Under the pieces are notes generated by a model. It ran no database searches. It was not told the origin of the DNA and saw only the letters and a list, made by a program, of their open reading frames with translations. This document shows, piece by piece, positions 45,693 through 55,974 of a DNA stretch of 64,000 bases. The position numbers and the translations under genes are program-made. The stretch lies in NCBI GenBank assembly GCA_000004985.1, contig GG738874.1; one strand, 5' to 3'. Each line of letters begins with the position of its first letter. The stretch's first letter is position 1. This DNA comes from Naegleria gruberi (taxonomy: Eukaryota).

Positions 45693-47408
45693 TCAGTCAA
45701 CTGAATGTCGGATTCTGTAAAAGCTGTACTCATCAAGAAGGTGTTTGATATTTGGTAACAGCTTAGCCTTATTGATCTTTTTACACCCATTGATATAAAT
45801 CTTTGAAATATTATTACATTTTTTAACAATACTATTAATTGTCTTCTCAGTAATTTCACAATACTGAAGATCTATTTCTTCTAGGTTAGGTAAATTGGAA
45901 AGAGTCATACCACTCTCATCATGTATTTGATCTTGACTCAAATTTAAAAGGAAAACCTTTTTCAAACTTGTTATCATTGAAATATGCTTTGTTCCGATAT
46001 CTCCACAAGTTGAGCTTTGTGTAACAGATAATAGCTCAAGGTTAGGGAGGTTCTTAAGGTATTTGAAATCATCTCTTTCATGTCCACGTGTACAATCAAG
46101 ATACAGACTTTTAAGAGACACTAATTCTGAAATACCTTCAAACAATTGTGAATTAATCTTTGTGTGTTCTAAATCAAGGAAAGTAAGCGTTGAAGGTAGT
46201 CTATTAAAGGTCGAAAGACAAATTGAGTCGTGTCGAACAGTCAGCTTTTCAATTTTCAAGTCGCTGAGAGCTTTTAAGAACTCTGTTTGTTCATCTCCTA
46301 TTGCTACTTCAATTGAGCGTGAGTAAGAAGATTGAATTGATACATTCACTTCCTTCAATTCTTGCCAGTTTCCAATAAAATTTCCACATTTTCCAATGGA
46401 GACAGAAGATTCAATTATTAGTTTTTGAAGTTTAGGGGTTGATTTGGAAATTTTCTCCATGCTTTCAACAGAAAAATAATCTCCCAAATAAGCAAATTCC
46501 TTCATGTTTTGAATTTTACAGATGGAATCAGAAGCCTCAGCCATGCTGAAAGATTTTTGATACATGTACCCTTTCGTAGGCATGTTGGTGTATCCAAGTC
46601 TTACTATTTCAAGGTTTGGAAAATTATTTGCTCCAAACTCAACAGCACTTTCAAAGGTCTCCAATCTTTGCAAATCAATTTTGGTTACCTTTTCACAAAG
46701 TGACTTATCCTTTTCAAAAACATTTGAAATATAGGTGAGTCTTTTGGAAATTCTTTCTTCTAAATCTGTTGGTGCTTTTCTTCTATCTACAATATTCAGC
46801 CAACACATCGTTCTAAAGTAGTCGTCAATTGGTAAATTAAGACTTGTCATTATTGTTAACAAGCGGTGATATTCAGTTGCAGAACGACGATCATCAATAG
46901 AAACTACTGCAGCTCTCTTGAAAATCAATTTTGGGGCAGTGTCTGTTCCTCTGTTTGTGAACTTTCCAAAATATTGCTTATAAAACAATGATTCATCAAA
47001 TTTCAATGAATTTAAATCTATTTCTCTAGTAGGAATCACTACAGGATTCAAACAAACTTTAAATCCTGGTCCAACATAATAATCTAAAATTTCTAAAACA
47101 ATTTCTGGAGGAAGAATACTCAACAACTCTTTATCCAAACCCTTCTTCACTGGCTTTTTTGTTTCCTTGTTTGCTTGATTAGTAGTACTTGCAGTTTTAG
47201 TAATCTTCTTTCTAACTACAACCGGATGTTTTTTAGATTGTTGAGGAAGTGGATTTGATGTACGTGAGGGTGAATTTACCTTACTTGATCCGCCATAAAT
47301 AGAGACTGCCTTCTTATGAGAAGTTTCTGGTTGAAAGTTTGGCTTTGAATCTCCATCTCTTGCCTTGATAAATTTATTGTTGGGTGATGGCTCTACAGTT
47401 TTTTTCAT
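45693..47408 (-). CDS. F-box / leucine-rich-repeat (FBXL-type) protein
   Basis: Continuous ORF. The likely start is the third in-frame ATG (plus 47406-47408, context CAAAAAAAATATG); the track start at 47489 is an upstream in-frame ATG. It has a basic S/T-rich N-terminus, then an F-box (LSILPPEIVLEILDYY), then repeated LxxLxxLxL units (NLPNLELLSV, LSNLPNLEEIDLQYCEITEKTINSIVKKCNNISKIYINGCKKI). Confidence 0.7.
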   Translation of the reverse strand: MKKTVEPSPNNKFIKARDGDSKPNFQPETSHKKAVSIYGGSSKVNSPSRTSNPLPQQSKKHPVVVRKKITKTASTTNQANKETKKPVKKGLDKELLSILPPEIVLEILDYYVGPGFKVCLNPVVIPTREIDLNSLKFDESLFYKQYFGKFTNRGTDTAPKLIFKRAAVVSIDDRRSATEYHRLLTIMTSLNLPIDDYFRTMCWLNIVDRRKAPTDLEERISKRLTYISNVFEKDKSLCEKVTKIDLQRLETFESAVEFGANNFPNLEIVRLGYTNMPTKGYMYQKSFSMAEASDSICKIQNMKEFAYLGDYFSVESMEKISKSTPKLQKLIIESSVSIGKCGNFIGNWQELKEVNVSIQSSYSRSIEVAIGDEQTEFLKALSDLKIEKLTVRHDSICLSTFNRLPSTLTFLDLEHTKINSQLFEGISELVSLKSLYLDCTRGHERDDFKYLKNLPNLELLSVTQSSTCGDIGTKHISMITSLKKVFLLNLSQDQIHDESGMTLSNLPNLEEIDLQYCEITEKTINSIVKKCNNISKIYINGCKKINKAKLLPNIKHLLDEYSFYRIRHSVD

Positions 47409-48230
47409 ATTTTTTTTGAGCATGAACTTGCCTTGATGTTTTAACTTGTGCGTTACGCAAAATAGGTTTAGAATGGTAATATCACACATCTACTCTACTG
47501 TGGGTATTATTAAATCATTATTTGATTCTACAGGAACGTTCAGGAGAAATTCTTGTCCTTTCAATCCTTTGGAAAAATCATTTTCTGAAATTTCTGATAA
47601 TTCCATAATTGGAGGAGATTAATTGTACCTTTGAAACCAAAAAAAAAGAAATAAAAATAAGGAAAATGAAGAATATTATCCTGCTATTGATTTGTAAAAA
47701 GAGTATTTTTTGTTGTAATAATATTAAACTTATATTCTTTCCAATTTTCAATTCTTAAAAAAAAAGCAAAACAATCCAAAGGCTTCCAATATCATCAAGC
47801 CTAACAAAAATTACAAAGCCTTTAAATTCCTCCAAACCATCAACAACTTCATCATCGACAACTATTGATAGTCGTGATGTAATTAAATTAATGTTACAAG
47901 TTTGTAGGGGAAATACCATGATTGAAGGTTATATTTGAATGGATAGAATTATCGGAAGGTTTTTAATGAATATTCATGTGATTTCTAATGATTTTAAGAG
48001 AGGAAGAACCTGCTAGATTTAAAAAGTTGGAACATGTTGTAAATAATGCAAAACATTTTGATAATTTAATTGCCTATGATATAAATATTATTGGAAACGC
48101 AATTCAATATCAAAAAGTTAAACAAGGGTGATGATTTTATTAGATCATACTATTAAGAATGTTAAAAAAGCATCGGAGAAGTCCATTATTACTCCACACC
48201 TGAAAACCTTTTCTCAAGAATTTTCACCAT

Positions 48231-48270
48231 TGTAGTGTAGCAGTTATTGTTGTAGTGTAGCAGTTGTTGT
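48231..48270. repeat. tandem duplication of a 20-mer (tgtagtgtagcagttRttgt x2) in the intergenic region upstream of gene C
   Basis: The sequence tgtagtgtagcagttattgt|tgtagtgtagcagttgttgt is visible directly, with one mismatch. Confidence 0.7.
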
Positions 48271-48402
48271 GTTTCCAGAAACCATTCTAATTTTGCTCTT
48301 TTGCAAACAACTAACATCTGACCTTCAGCATTTTAAAACGATCTCTTCCTATACTACAATACCCTTATTGTGTTCAATGCTCTCGTTAATGGCCCACTGT
48401 AA

Positions 48403-51400
48403 ATGCCACACCCCAAAGCAATGTTCAAAAAAAGAACACACACAACGTTTCTCTCTATAGTGTATGCAAAAATGATTAAGGCTAGAAGGAGTAACTTTTC
48501 ACTTTTAATTGGGGTTGTCTTGGTGTGCATGATTGCATTCTTGAGCATGTATGCACATGCCGGTAAGAGCTCATCAGCACCACCACGAACTGCTGCTCCG
48601 TCCGTGGCTAGAGCTCAACTACCTCCACAGCCAGTTTCAAGAGCACCTCCGATGGCACAACCAATTTCAAGACAGGCAACTCCACAACCTGTATCAAAAC
48701 CAACTCCAGTTTCTAAACCAGCTGCTGCTCAACCTATTGTTGCCAACGTTAATGAAAAGAAATCTTTCCCAAAGAAAGGAGATCCATCTTTTGTTGGACC
48801 TGTTCAACCAAAGAAACAATCATCAACACCAGCTACTTCTAAACCAGAAGTTCCAAAGGCAGGCGCCAAGAACAAGCCTGTCGTGGATATCAAGAAATCT
48901 AATGATGTTATAGTAGCAAATGTTAATGATAAGAAATCTGGTAGAAAGAAGGAAGAAACAAAACCTGAAAAGACTGTTGAACACAAGAAAGACAGTACAT
49001 CTAGCAAGATTGAAAAGAAATCTGAAGAATCAAAGCCAGACACCAAGGTGGAACACAAATTTGATGAAAAGAAACCTGATATCAAGTCAAAGACTGAAAA
49101 AAAGAAAGAAGAAAAGACATCTTCTCATAAGGATGATGTAAAGAATTCTGAAAAGAAGGCCCAGAAATCTGAACTTAAGGAAGATAAGAAATCTGAAAAT
49201 TATAATAAGATGACCAATGAGAAAAACAAGATGAATGATAAGAAATCTGATGTAAAGAAATCTTCAAAGAATTTAGAAGAAAATAAGAAGGAATCCGTTG
49301 AGCATAACAAGGCTAATAAGGATTCTGAAACTTCCAAACCAGATTCCAAAATGCAAGTCAAATCATCAGAAAAATCAAATTTAAAAAAGGATGAAAAAAA
49401 ATCCGAACATAAGGAGGATAAGAAATCTGATAAGAAATTTGATAAGAAAAAGAAATCTGATAACAAGAAGGATGAAAAGAAATCTGATGACAAGAAATCT
49501 ACCGAAATCAAATCTGATAAGACTGATCATAAGAAATCCAATAAGGATGATAAGAAATCAGAAAAGAAGGGTTCAACCGATAAGAAGAAGACTGATGGTG
49601 AAAAGTCAGATAAGAAGACTAAGGATGTAAAGTCTGATAATCCTGATTCTAAGAATACTAGTAAATCAAAGAAGTCTGTTGATAAGAAGAAGACTAACAC
49701 AAAGAAGGATAAGAAGACCAATAAGGAAGAAAAGAAATCTGTAGAAAAGAATGAAAAGAAAATAGGAAAGAAGTCTACAAATACAGCCACAAAGAAGGAT
49801 ACTACCAAGTCCACTAAGAAAACTGATAAGAAATCCTCTGAAAATAAGAAGACAAGTGGATCCAAAAAGGCCGAGCCTAAAAAGAAAACCAATTCAACCA
49901 AACCTGGAAAGAAATCTAGCACAAAGAAGCTCTCTAGTACGAAATCAAAATCTATTGGAAAGAAATCTGATATTAAGGAGGGTAACAAGAATGCTAAACC
50001 AAAGACCACTGATACCGGTAAGAAATCAGCTTCTGATAAGAAATCCAAGTCAGACAAGAAATCTGAAAAGAGCCCAACAAGTGTAAAAAAGGATAAGAAG
50101 AGTACCAAATCAAAAACTGAAAAAAAGTCAACAACTAGAATGAAATCCAAGGATGTTAAAAAGCCAGGAATGACACCAAAATCATTTGATAACATGTTTG
50201 CTCAACAAGCTAAAAAGTTGTCTCAACCAACAAGTCCAGTCAAACCAAACACAAAGTCTGACAAGAAGTCCAACAAGCCAAAGAAATCAAACACTGGTAA
50301 GAGGACCTATTCCAAGAAGAATGATAAGTCAAAAACTAGTTCCAAGAAACCTGGAAAGAAATCTAGCACAAAGAACCTAGCTGGTAAGAAATCAAAATCT
50401 ATTGAAAACAAATCTGATGTTAAATCCACAAAATCAGGAAAGAAGTCTTCAAAAAATACTGGCAAAAAATCTGGAAAGAAATCTACCAACAAGTCTGGAA
50501 AGAAATCAACTAAAAAGAGTAAGAACACTACTAAGTCTGGAAAGATATCCAATACTGGAAAGTCTGGAAAGAAATCAAAGAATGGTAATACGAAATCAGA
50601 TAAGAAGACCAAGAAATCAGAAACTGGTAAGAAATCAAAAAATTCCAAAGGAAAGAAGGATAGTAAGAAATCAAAGAAATCTACCAAAAAATCAGTAACG
50701 TCAACTAAAACAACTAGTAAGAAATCTAACAAGTCTGGAAAGAAGGCTTCTAAGAATACTGGCAAGAAATCAGGAAAGAAATCCAATAAGCCTGGAAAGT
50801 CAAAGAAGATACCCAAGAAATTAGGTAAGAAGGGTTCTAAAAAGGCTAACCAACCAAGCAAATCCAGTAACAAGTCTGGAAAGACCTTAAAGAATGGTAA
50901 ACCAAAGAAATCCAATACTGGAAAGACATTAAAGAATGACACATCAAAGAAATCAACTAAAAAGGGCAAGAACGGTACTAAGTCTGGAAAGAAATCAAAA
51001 TCTGGTAAGAAGACTAAGAAATCAGAAACTGGAAAGAATTCTGGAAAGAAATCAAATACTGGAGAGAAAAACAACAATTCTTCTAAGAATAATAAGAAAA
51101 AGAACTTGAATGGAAAGAAGGACAAGTCCAAAAACAAATCAACTAATTTAAAGAATAATAAGAACACCAATAAGAAGAGTGCAAACAAATCAAGGAATAA
51201 CAAGAACATGACTGAACAAAAGGAAGAATCTGAATCATCTTTTGGCACACCAGATTCTGAGGAGAGAGAAACTCCATATTCTGAAGATGGACCAATAATA
51301 TTATTAAGAGATGATAACATCTTATCTAATTCTTACAAACAAAGAGGAATTGAAATTGAAGATGAACCAGTTAAAGTAGTTGAAAAGAATAGTATGAAGG

Positions 51401-52608
51401 TCAAGCAAGTCGATAGTGAAATTGAACTATCTAGTGATCAAGATGAAGAAAGGCCACTCCAAATTTCTAAGAGGCAAGTTGAAAAGTCAATTCAAAGAAA
51501 CGATTTTGAAGACAATGAGGAACCAAAGGTCTCTAAATCTAAACAAGACGCTGAAAAATCCGAAGTTGAAAAGACCATTCAAAGAAAAGAGAAACACCAA
51601 GTTGAAGATGAAGAAGAAGCCCCTCAAAAGAAGTCTGTAAAAGGAAAGCATGATAAGAAATCTGGAAAGAAATTGAAGAATGAAAGATCAAAGAAGTCTG
51701 GAAAGTCTGTTGCTAAGAAAGGCAACAGGTCTGGAAAGAAATCAAATAATTCCACAGGAAAGAATGGCAATAAGAAATCAAAGAAATCTGGAAAGAACAC
51801 CAAAACAACAAGTAAGAAGTACGGAAAGAAGCTCACTAAAAAGAATACCAAGAAATTAGGTAGGAAGGGTTCTAAGAAATCTGTAATTAAACCAAAGAAA
51901 TCCAATCTTTCTTATGGTAAGGATTCTGGAAAGAAATCTTCCAAACAATCCAGAAAAGTGGAATATGAAGATGTTGAATATCCAATTCAAAGAAACCAAA
52001 AAAAAAGAAAACAACAAGTTGATGAAAAACCTCCTCAAAAGAAGTCTAGAAATATTTCAAAGAGACAGCAGCAAGATGAAGAAAGATTTATTCTACAATA
52101 TGAAAAGAAATCTGGACACAGAAAGGTTAATAAGAAATCATCCAAGCAAGAATTCGAAGAAAACCGAGCTCCAAAGAGGCAATATGTTGAATTTGATGAA
52201 GAAGTTCCTCAAGAGAATTCCAAATCTGGAATGGATATCTTGACCTATAGAACAAATCCAATCAATATCAATAACCATCAACCTCAAAAAAGAATGATCA
52301 ATAGAATTACCCCTCAAACAGTATCTCAATTAAGACCAATCGAATCAAATGCCCCAGCTATTACTAATCCACAAATTTATCATCCATTTGTTAGACCAAA
52401 TAACTTTGTTACCACTGCTCCACCAGCTATTGCTCGACCAAATAACTTTACTCCTCAAACACAATCTCATGATGAAACTATGAATCTGCAAAATATTGGT
52501 ATCAATCTTGTCACCAACAATCCAACTCCTACAGCTCCAAATCATAATGTTAACAGAGCCAGAGTTGTACAAGCTTTGAGAAAATTGATTGCCTCTATGA
52601 AGAAATAA
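48403..52608 (+). CDS. giant Lys/Ser-rich low-complexity protein with N-terminal signal-anchor and conserved C-terminal module (family C/D, member C)
   Basis: Single 1401-codon ORF; in-frame ATGs at 48403 and 48472 (the latter with an AAAAATG context, MIKARRSNFSLLIGVVLVCMIAFLSMYAHAG). After a Pro/Ala/Gln-rich stretch come about 1000 aa of KKS/DKKS/GKKS repeats. It ends in a roughly 110-aa non-repetitive module (...INRITPQTVSQLRP...NLQNIGINLVTNNPTPTAPNHNVNRARVVQALRKLIASMKK) shared with the next gene. Confidence 0.6.
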   Translation: MPHPKAMFKKRTHTTFLSIVYAKMIKARRSNFSLLIGVVLVCMIAFLSMYAHAGKSSSAPPRTAAPSVARAQLPPQPVSRAPPMAQPISRQATPQPVSKPTPVSKPAAAQPIVANVNEKKSFPKKGDPSFVGPVQPKKQSSTPATSKPEVPKAGAKNKPVVDIKKSNDVIVANVNDKKSGRKKEETKPEKTVEHKKDSTSSKIEKKSEESKPDTKVEHKFDEKKPDIKSKTEKKKEEKTSSHKDDVKNSEKKAQKSELKEDKKSENYNKMTNEKNKMNDKKSDVKKSSKNLEENKKESVEHNKANKDSETSKPDSKMQVKSSEKSNLKKDEKKSEHKEDKKSDKKFDKKKKSDNKKDEKKSDDKKSTEIKSDKTDHKKSNKDDKKSEKKGSTDKKKTDGEKSDKKTKDVKSDNPDSKNTSKSKKSVDKKKTNTKKDKKTNKEEKKSVEKNEKKIGKKSTNTATKKDTTKSTKKTDKKSSENKKTSGSKKAEPKKKTNSTKPGKKSSTKKLSSTKSKSIGKKSDIKEGNKNAKPKTTDTGKKSASDKKSKSDKKSEKSPTSVKKDKKSTKSKTEKKSTTRMKSKDVKKPGMTPKSFDNMFAQQAKKLSQPTSPVKPNTKSDKKSNKPKKSNTGKRTYSKKNDKSKTSSKKPGKKSSTKNLAGKKSKSIENKSDVKSTKSGKKSSKNTGKKSGKKSTNKSGKKSTKKSKNTTKSGKISNTGKSGKKSKNGNTKSDKKTKKSETGKKSKNSKGKKDSKKSKKSTKKSVTSTKTTSKKSNKSGKKASKNTGKKSGKKSNKPGKSKKIPKKLGKKGSKKANQPSKSSNKSGKTLKNGKPKKSNTGKTLKNDTSKKSTKKGKNGTKSGKKSKSGKKTKKSETGKNSGKKSNTGEKNNNSSKNNKKKNLNGKKDKSKNKSTNLKNNKNTNKKSANKSRNNKNMTEQKEESESSFGTPDSEERETPYSEDGPIILLRDDNILSNSYKQRGIEIEDEPVKVVEKNSMKVKQVDSEIELSSDQDEERPLQISKRQVEKSIQRNDFEDNEEPKVSKSKQDAEKSEVEKTIQRKEKHQVEDEEEAPQKKSVKGKHDKKSGKKLKNERSKKSGKSVAKKGNRSGKKSNNSTGKNGNKKSKKSGKNTKTTSKKYGKKLTKKNTKKLGRKGSKKSVIKPKKSNLSYGKDSGKKSSKQSRKVEYEDVEYPIQRNQKKRKQQVDEKPPQKKSRNISKRQQQDEERFILQYEKKSGHRKVNKKSSKQEFEENRAPKRQYVEFDEEVPQENSKSGMDILTYRTNPININNHQPQKRMINRITPQTVSQLRPIESNAPAITNPQIYHPFVRPNNFVTTAPPAIARPNNFTPQTQSHDETMNLQNIGINLVTNNPTPTAPNHNVNRARVVQALRKLIASMKK

Positions 52609-52714
52609 ACAATTAAGATTTGGTGTGTTTGAAAATTTAATTTTAACGGCTCTGGGAATATTTAAGAAAATTCACACAAGTGATTAATAATTAAGTTATG
52701 ATAAGAATTAGTGA

Positions 52715-54805
52715 ACGTTCATTACACATTCACTTGAATGGCTATCGTATCTTAAACCAGTAGCACAACCAACTGTTGAAAAGAAATCTGTTGCCAAGAC
52801 TGACAAGAGTCAAGTCAAATCAGCAACTGAAAAGAAGAAGGCCGATGTAACACCAAAAGAAATTGCTAAACCAACAAAGAAGCCAGTTGATACCAAGCCA
52901 GCTAAACCTGTTGTCGATACCAAGAAATCTGATGCCAAGAAGTCAACTGATAAATCTGGTAAGCCAAAGACTGGTGCCAAGAAAACTACTGGTAAGAACA
53001 CTGATGCCAAGAAGTCAACTAATAAGAAGACTGATGCAAAGACAGGAAAGTCTGCTACTGCCAAGAAGACTCCAGCTATGGCAACCAAGTCTGTTCAAAA
53101 TAAGACTATTGCCAAGAAATCTGATGCCAAGAAGTCAACTGATAAAACTGGAAAGCCAAAGACTGCTACCAAGAAGACTGCCAAGAAAACCATTGATAAG
53201 GCAAAGTCTGGTGTAAAGACTAATGCCAAGAAGACTGGTTTGAAGGGAAAGTCAACAAAGAAAGATGTCACCAAGTCAACTAAAAAGTCTGACAAGAAGC
53301 CATCTGCCAAGAAGGATAAGTCTGCCAAGAAGTCATCTGATAAGACTGTAAAATCAAAGAAATCATCTGAAAAGAAAACCGGTAAAAAATCCAAGAAAAC
53401 TGGTGTAAAGAAGACTGATAAGAAGGGAAAGAAGGATAAAAAGCCAACTAAAAAGACTCATAAGAAAACCAAGTTAAGTGCATTGACTAGAGCTAGAGGC
53501 CACGTCTTTAAGAAAAAGAAGAAGAATTTGACAACTGAAAACCCATCCCAATCATCCCAATCTCCAATTCTTGAACATATTCCAATGGAATCAGATGGTT
53601 TGTCAAGAAGACAAAGATATGAACGTTCACTTAAAGAAAAATCAAAGAAATCCGAAAACAATGAAGAGAATGTCCAAAAGGAATCTGAAGTTATTGCAAC
53701 TCCTAGTTCTGAAGACATTTCCTCACCAATTAATTCTGAAAGAGTAGCTACTTCTGAAGATTCACCGGTCCAAAACAATTCCGAAGAAAGATCTTCCTCA
53801 AACGATAACATCTCATCCAATTCTGTTAATCAAAGAGGACTTGAAATTGAAGATGATGTTAAAGTTGAAAAGAAACAACGTGTTGGAGTCAAGCAAGTTG
53901 ATGAAGAAATTGAATCTAAGGAAGAAATCAAGTCTGACGAAAAGAAATCTGCTAAGGTTTATGGAGAGTCTGATAAGAAACCTAGAAAGGATGAATCTGA
54001 AGAAGAATTGGAAGAGCCAACCTCTGTCCAAAAGAAATCCAAGAAGTCAACTAAGAAATCAAGAAATCTTACGAAGAAGACTGGTAAGAAGGGTGAGAAA
54101 TCAACCAAAAAGACTGCTCCAAAGAAGAATAGCAATAAGACAGGTAAGCAGACAGGTAAGAAGGGTAAGAAATCTGGAAACAAATCAAGAAAGGTTGTTA
54201 AGAAATCTGGAAACAAGTCAAACAAGAATGAAAAGAAACCAACCAAGAAGACTGATAAGAAGGGTAAGAAATCTGGAAACAAGTCTAACAAGGGTGCTAA
54301 GAGATCCACTAAGAAATCAGGAAAGGGTGAAAAGAAATCCATGAATACTCAAAATAGAAGAATCAATAGAATTGCTCCTCAATCAGTAACTCAATTCAAA
54401 CCAATGGAAATTGTTGATACTCCAGCTATCAGTAAGGCACAAATTTCCCAACCAGTTATCACTCAACAAGATGTCGAACCAACTACTGGTACTCAAAGAC
54501 AACTTCCAACTGGTGCAATGAATGTTCAAAACATTGACATTAATCTCATCACAAACAATCCAACTCCTACTGCTCCAGATAGTCCATCTCCATCCGAGAT
54601 TGCATTGGTCAGAAGATTTTTGGCTAATAGAAGAAGATTGGAAAAGAAGCAAGCTCCACAACAACCAAAGGAAGAACCAATGAATGTTTCTAATGTTGTC
54701 ACTGTTGGTATGCCTCAACCTGCTCAAAAGCCAACCAAACAAAATATTGATAGAGCTAAAGTTGCTGCTGCTTTGAGAAATTTGATTGCTTCTGTTAATA
54801 AATGA
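52715..54805 (+). CDS. Lys-rich low-complexity protein, member D of the C/D family; 5' end and start codon undefined (possible partial tandem duplicate)
   Basis: The frame is open from 52715 (after TGA) to TGA 54803-54805. There is no ATG before 53078 and no signal-peptide exon in the 107 bp separating it from gene C. The body is AKKSDAKKSTDKTGKPKT repeats. The C-terminal module (...INRIAPQSVTQFKP...NVQNIDINLITNNPTPTAPD...RAKVAAALRNLIASVNK) is homologous to that of gene C. Confidence 0.45.
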   Translation, partial: TFITHSLEWLSYLKPVAQPTVEKKSVAKTDKSQVKSATEKKKADVTPKEIAKPTKKPVDTKPAKPVVDTKKSDAKKSTDKSGKPKTGAKKTTGKNTDAKKSTNKKTDAKTGKSATAKKTPAMATKSVQNKTIAKKSDAKKSTDKTGKPKTATKKTAKKTIDKAKSGVKTNAKKTGLKGKSTKKDVTKSTKKSDKKPSAKKDKSAKKSSDKTVKSKKSSEKKTGKKSKKTGVKKTDKKGKKDKKPTKKTHKKTKLSALTRARGHVFKKKKKNLTTENPSQSSQSPILEHIPMESDGLSRRQRYERSLKEKSKKSENNEENVQKESEVIATPSSEDISSPINSERVATSEDSPVQNNSEERSSSNDNISSNSVNQRGLEIEDDVKVEKKQRVGVKQVDEEIESKEEIKSDEKKSAKVYGESDKKPRKDESEEELEEPTSVQKKSKKSTKKSRNLTKKTGKKGEKSTKKTAPKKNSNKTGKQTGKKGKKSGNKSRKVVKKSGNKSNKNEKKPTKKTDKKGKKSGNKSNKGAKRSTKKSGKGEKKSMNTQNRRINRIAPQSVTQFKPMEIVDTPAISKAQISQPVITQQDVEPTTGTQRQLPTGAMNVQNIDINLITNNPTPTAPDSPSPSEIALVRRFLANRRRLEKKQAPQQPKEEPMNVSNVVTVGMPQPAQKPTKQNIDRAKVAAALRNLIASVNK

Positions 54806-54810
54806 ATTCT

Positions 54811-55974
54811 TTAAAATTGACAATTTATCATTAAATCTGTTAGTTTCTGAGCTATCATTGATTGATAGCATCTTTTCAATGTTGTCTTCTCGAATAAACA
54901 ATTAGAAATATAGTGGTTATTTTTCTCGTTACTATTCACTACATATTTAACCACTTGTGAAATGTCAAAATCAGATATCGACTTGATAATGTGATATTCT
55001 GACACATTTCCATTACCTGTTCGTAAATAGTTAGATATAATTGTATTGACAACATCCCTCTCGTGATAATCGTTTACAATTTGTTCAAGTTCTGGCATTA
55101 ATTGAGCTTCAAAAGGTCTTTCAAATTTGATATAATTCCTCAACTTTTTCATCATTAAATCTGGTTTGGTAAAGAGAAGAATTATTCTCGTATTCGAATG
55201 ATTTCCAATCAATTCCTTGTAGAGTTTCAAACTTTCGTCCATTCTATTAACCTTCTCATCTCCATAACATGTTTGATTAAATTCTGAAAGAGAAACTACA
55301 TAAATCAAAACTGAAACTTGATTTTCCAAACAATATCTCCACTTTCGTCTTTCATGAATTTTTCCACCTGCTGTCACAAATGTCAATCTATTCTTATTAA
55401 AAATAACACTATAATCAATTATTCCAGAAGATCCTCCCTTAATATAAATATCTGGAATAAACCTCTCTCGATTCTTAATTTTTGACACAAAAATGTCAAC
55501 ATTCTCAAATAAATTCAATGTATCCTGATTAGTTCTATAAATCTTTCTAAATCTATCATCATTCCACAATGCAACAAGTGCATGATCATCAAAATTTCCA
55601 TTCGGTACCTTTTCATTAATAATAAACTCAACTGTCCTATCACTCGATGACGATGACGATGAGTACAAAATTTGTTGAATGATAATTCGTGAAATTGTAT
55701 TCGTATCGACGTGATAGAAAGAGTCGGAAGTTTTATCGATGGAAGTAAAATGTTCCTTCTTTCTATTTTCATATCGAATCATTTCACAGATGGTTGTCTT
55801 TCCACTTGATGTGTTTCCAAGGAGGACGAATCTCTTTTCTTCCACGTCGTCATTAGCAAGATTATTCGAATGGTTATTCGAAGGAGAAGACGAAATAAAC
55901 GTGTTTTGAATTGCGTTACTGTTAACGACGTTGGCGTGTTGCTGTTGTTGAAGTGTTGAGAGCTTCCCACCCAT
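54811..55974 (-). CDS. divergent heterotrimeric G-protein alpha-subunit-like protein with non-canonical catalytic residues
   Basis: ATG in an AAAAAAAAATG context. MGGKLST is an N-myristoylation consensus. The P-loop is LLGNTSSGKTT. The block PDIYIKGGSSGIIDYSVIFNKNRLTFVTAGGKIHERRKWRYCLENQVSVLIYVVSLSEF...VNRMDESLKLYKELI...ILLFTKPD is colinear with G-alpha switch I / switch II / NKxD regions (DVLRTRVKTTGI...DVGGQRSERKKWIHCF...NRMHESMKLF...ILFLNKKD). The switch-II Gln is Lys, the switch-I Arg is absent, and NKKD is TKPD. 387 aa. Confidence 0.75.
   Translation of the reverse strand: MGGKLSTLQQQQHANVVNSNAIQNTFISSSPSNNHSNNLANDDVEEKRFVLLGNTSSGKTTICEMIRYENRKKEHFTSIDKTSDSFYHVDTNTISRIIIQQILYSSSSSSSDRTVEFIINEKVPNGNFDDHALVALWNDDRFRKIYRTNQDTLNLFENVDIFVSKIKNRERFIPDIYIKGGSSGIIDYSVIFNKNRLTFVTAGGKIHERRKWRYCLENQVSVLIYVVSLSEFNQTCYGDEKVNRMDESLKLYKELIGNHSNTRIILLFTKPDLMMKKLRNYIKFERPFEAQLMPELEQIVNDYHERDVVNTIISNYLRTGNGNVSEYHIIKSISDFDISQVVKYVVNSNEKNNHYISNCLFEKTTLKRCYQSMIAQKLTDLMINCQF

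Noticed and set aside
47667-47760. A 30-codon ORF (MKNIILLLICKKSIF...) in the F-box/gene C intergenic region as a possible small secreted peptide
   Set aside because: It is too short and low-complexity and has no supporting features. It is probably chance.
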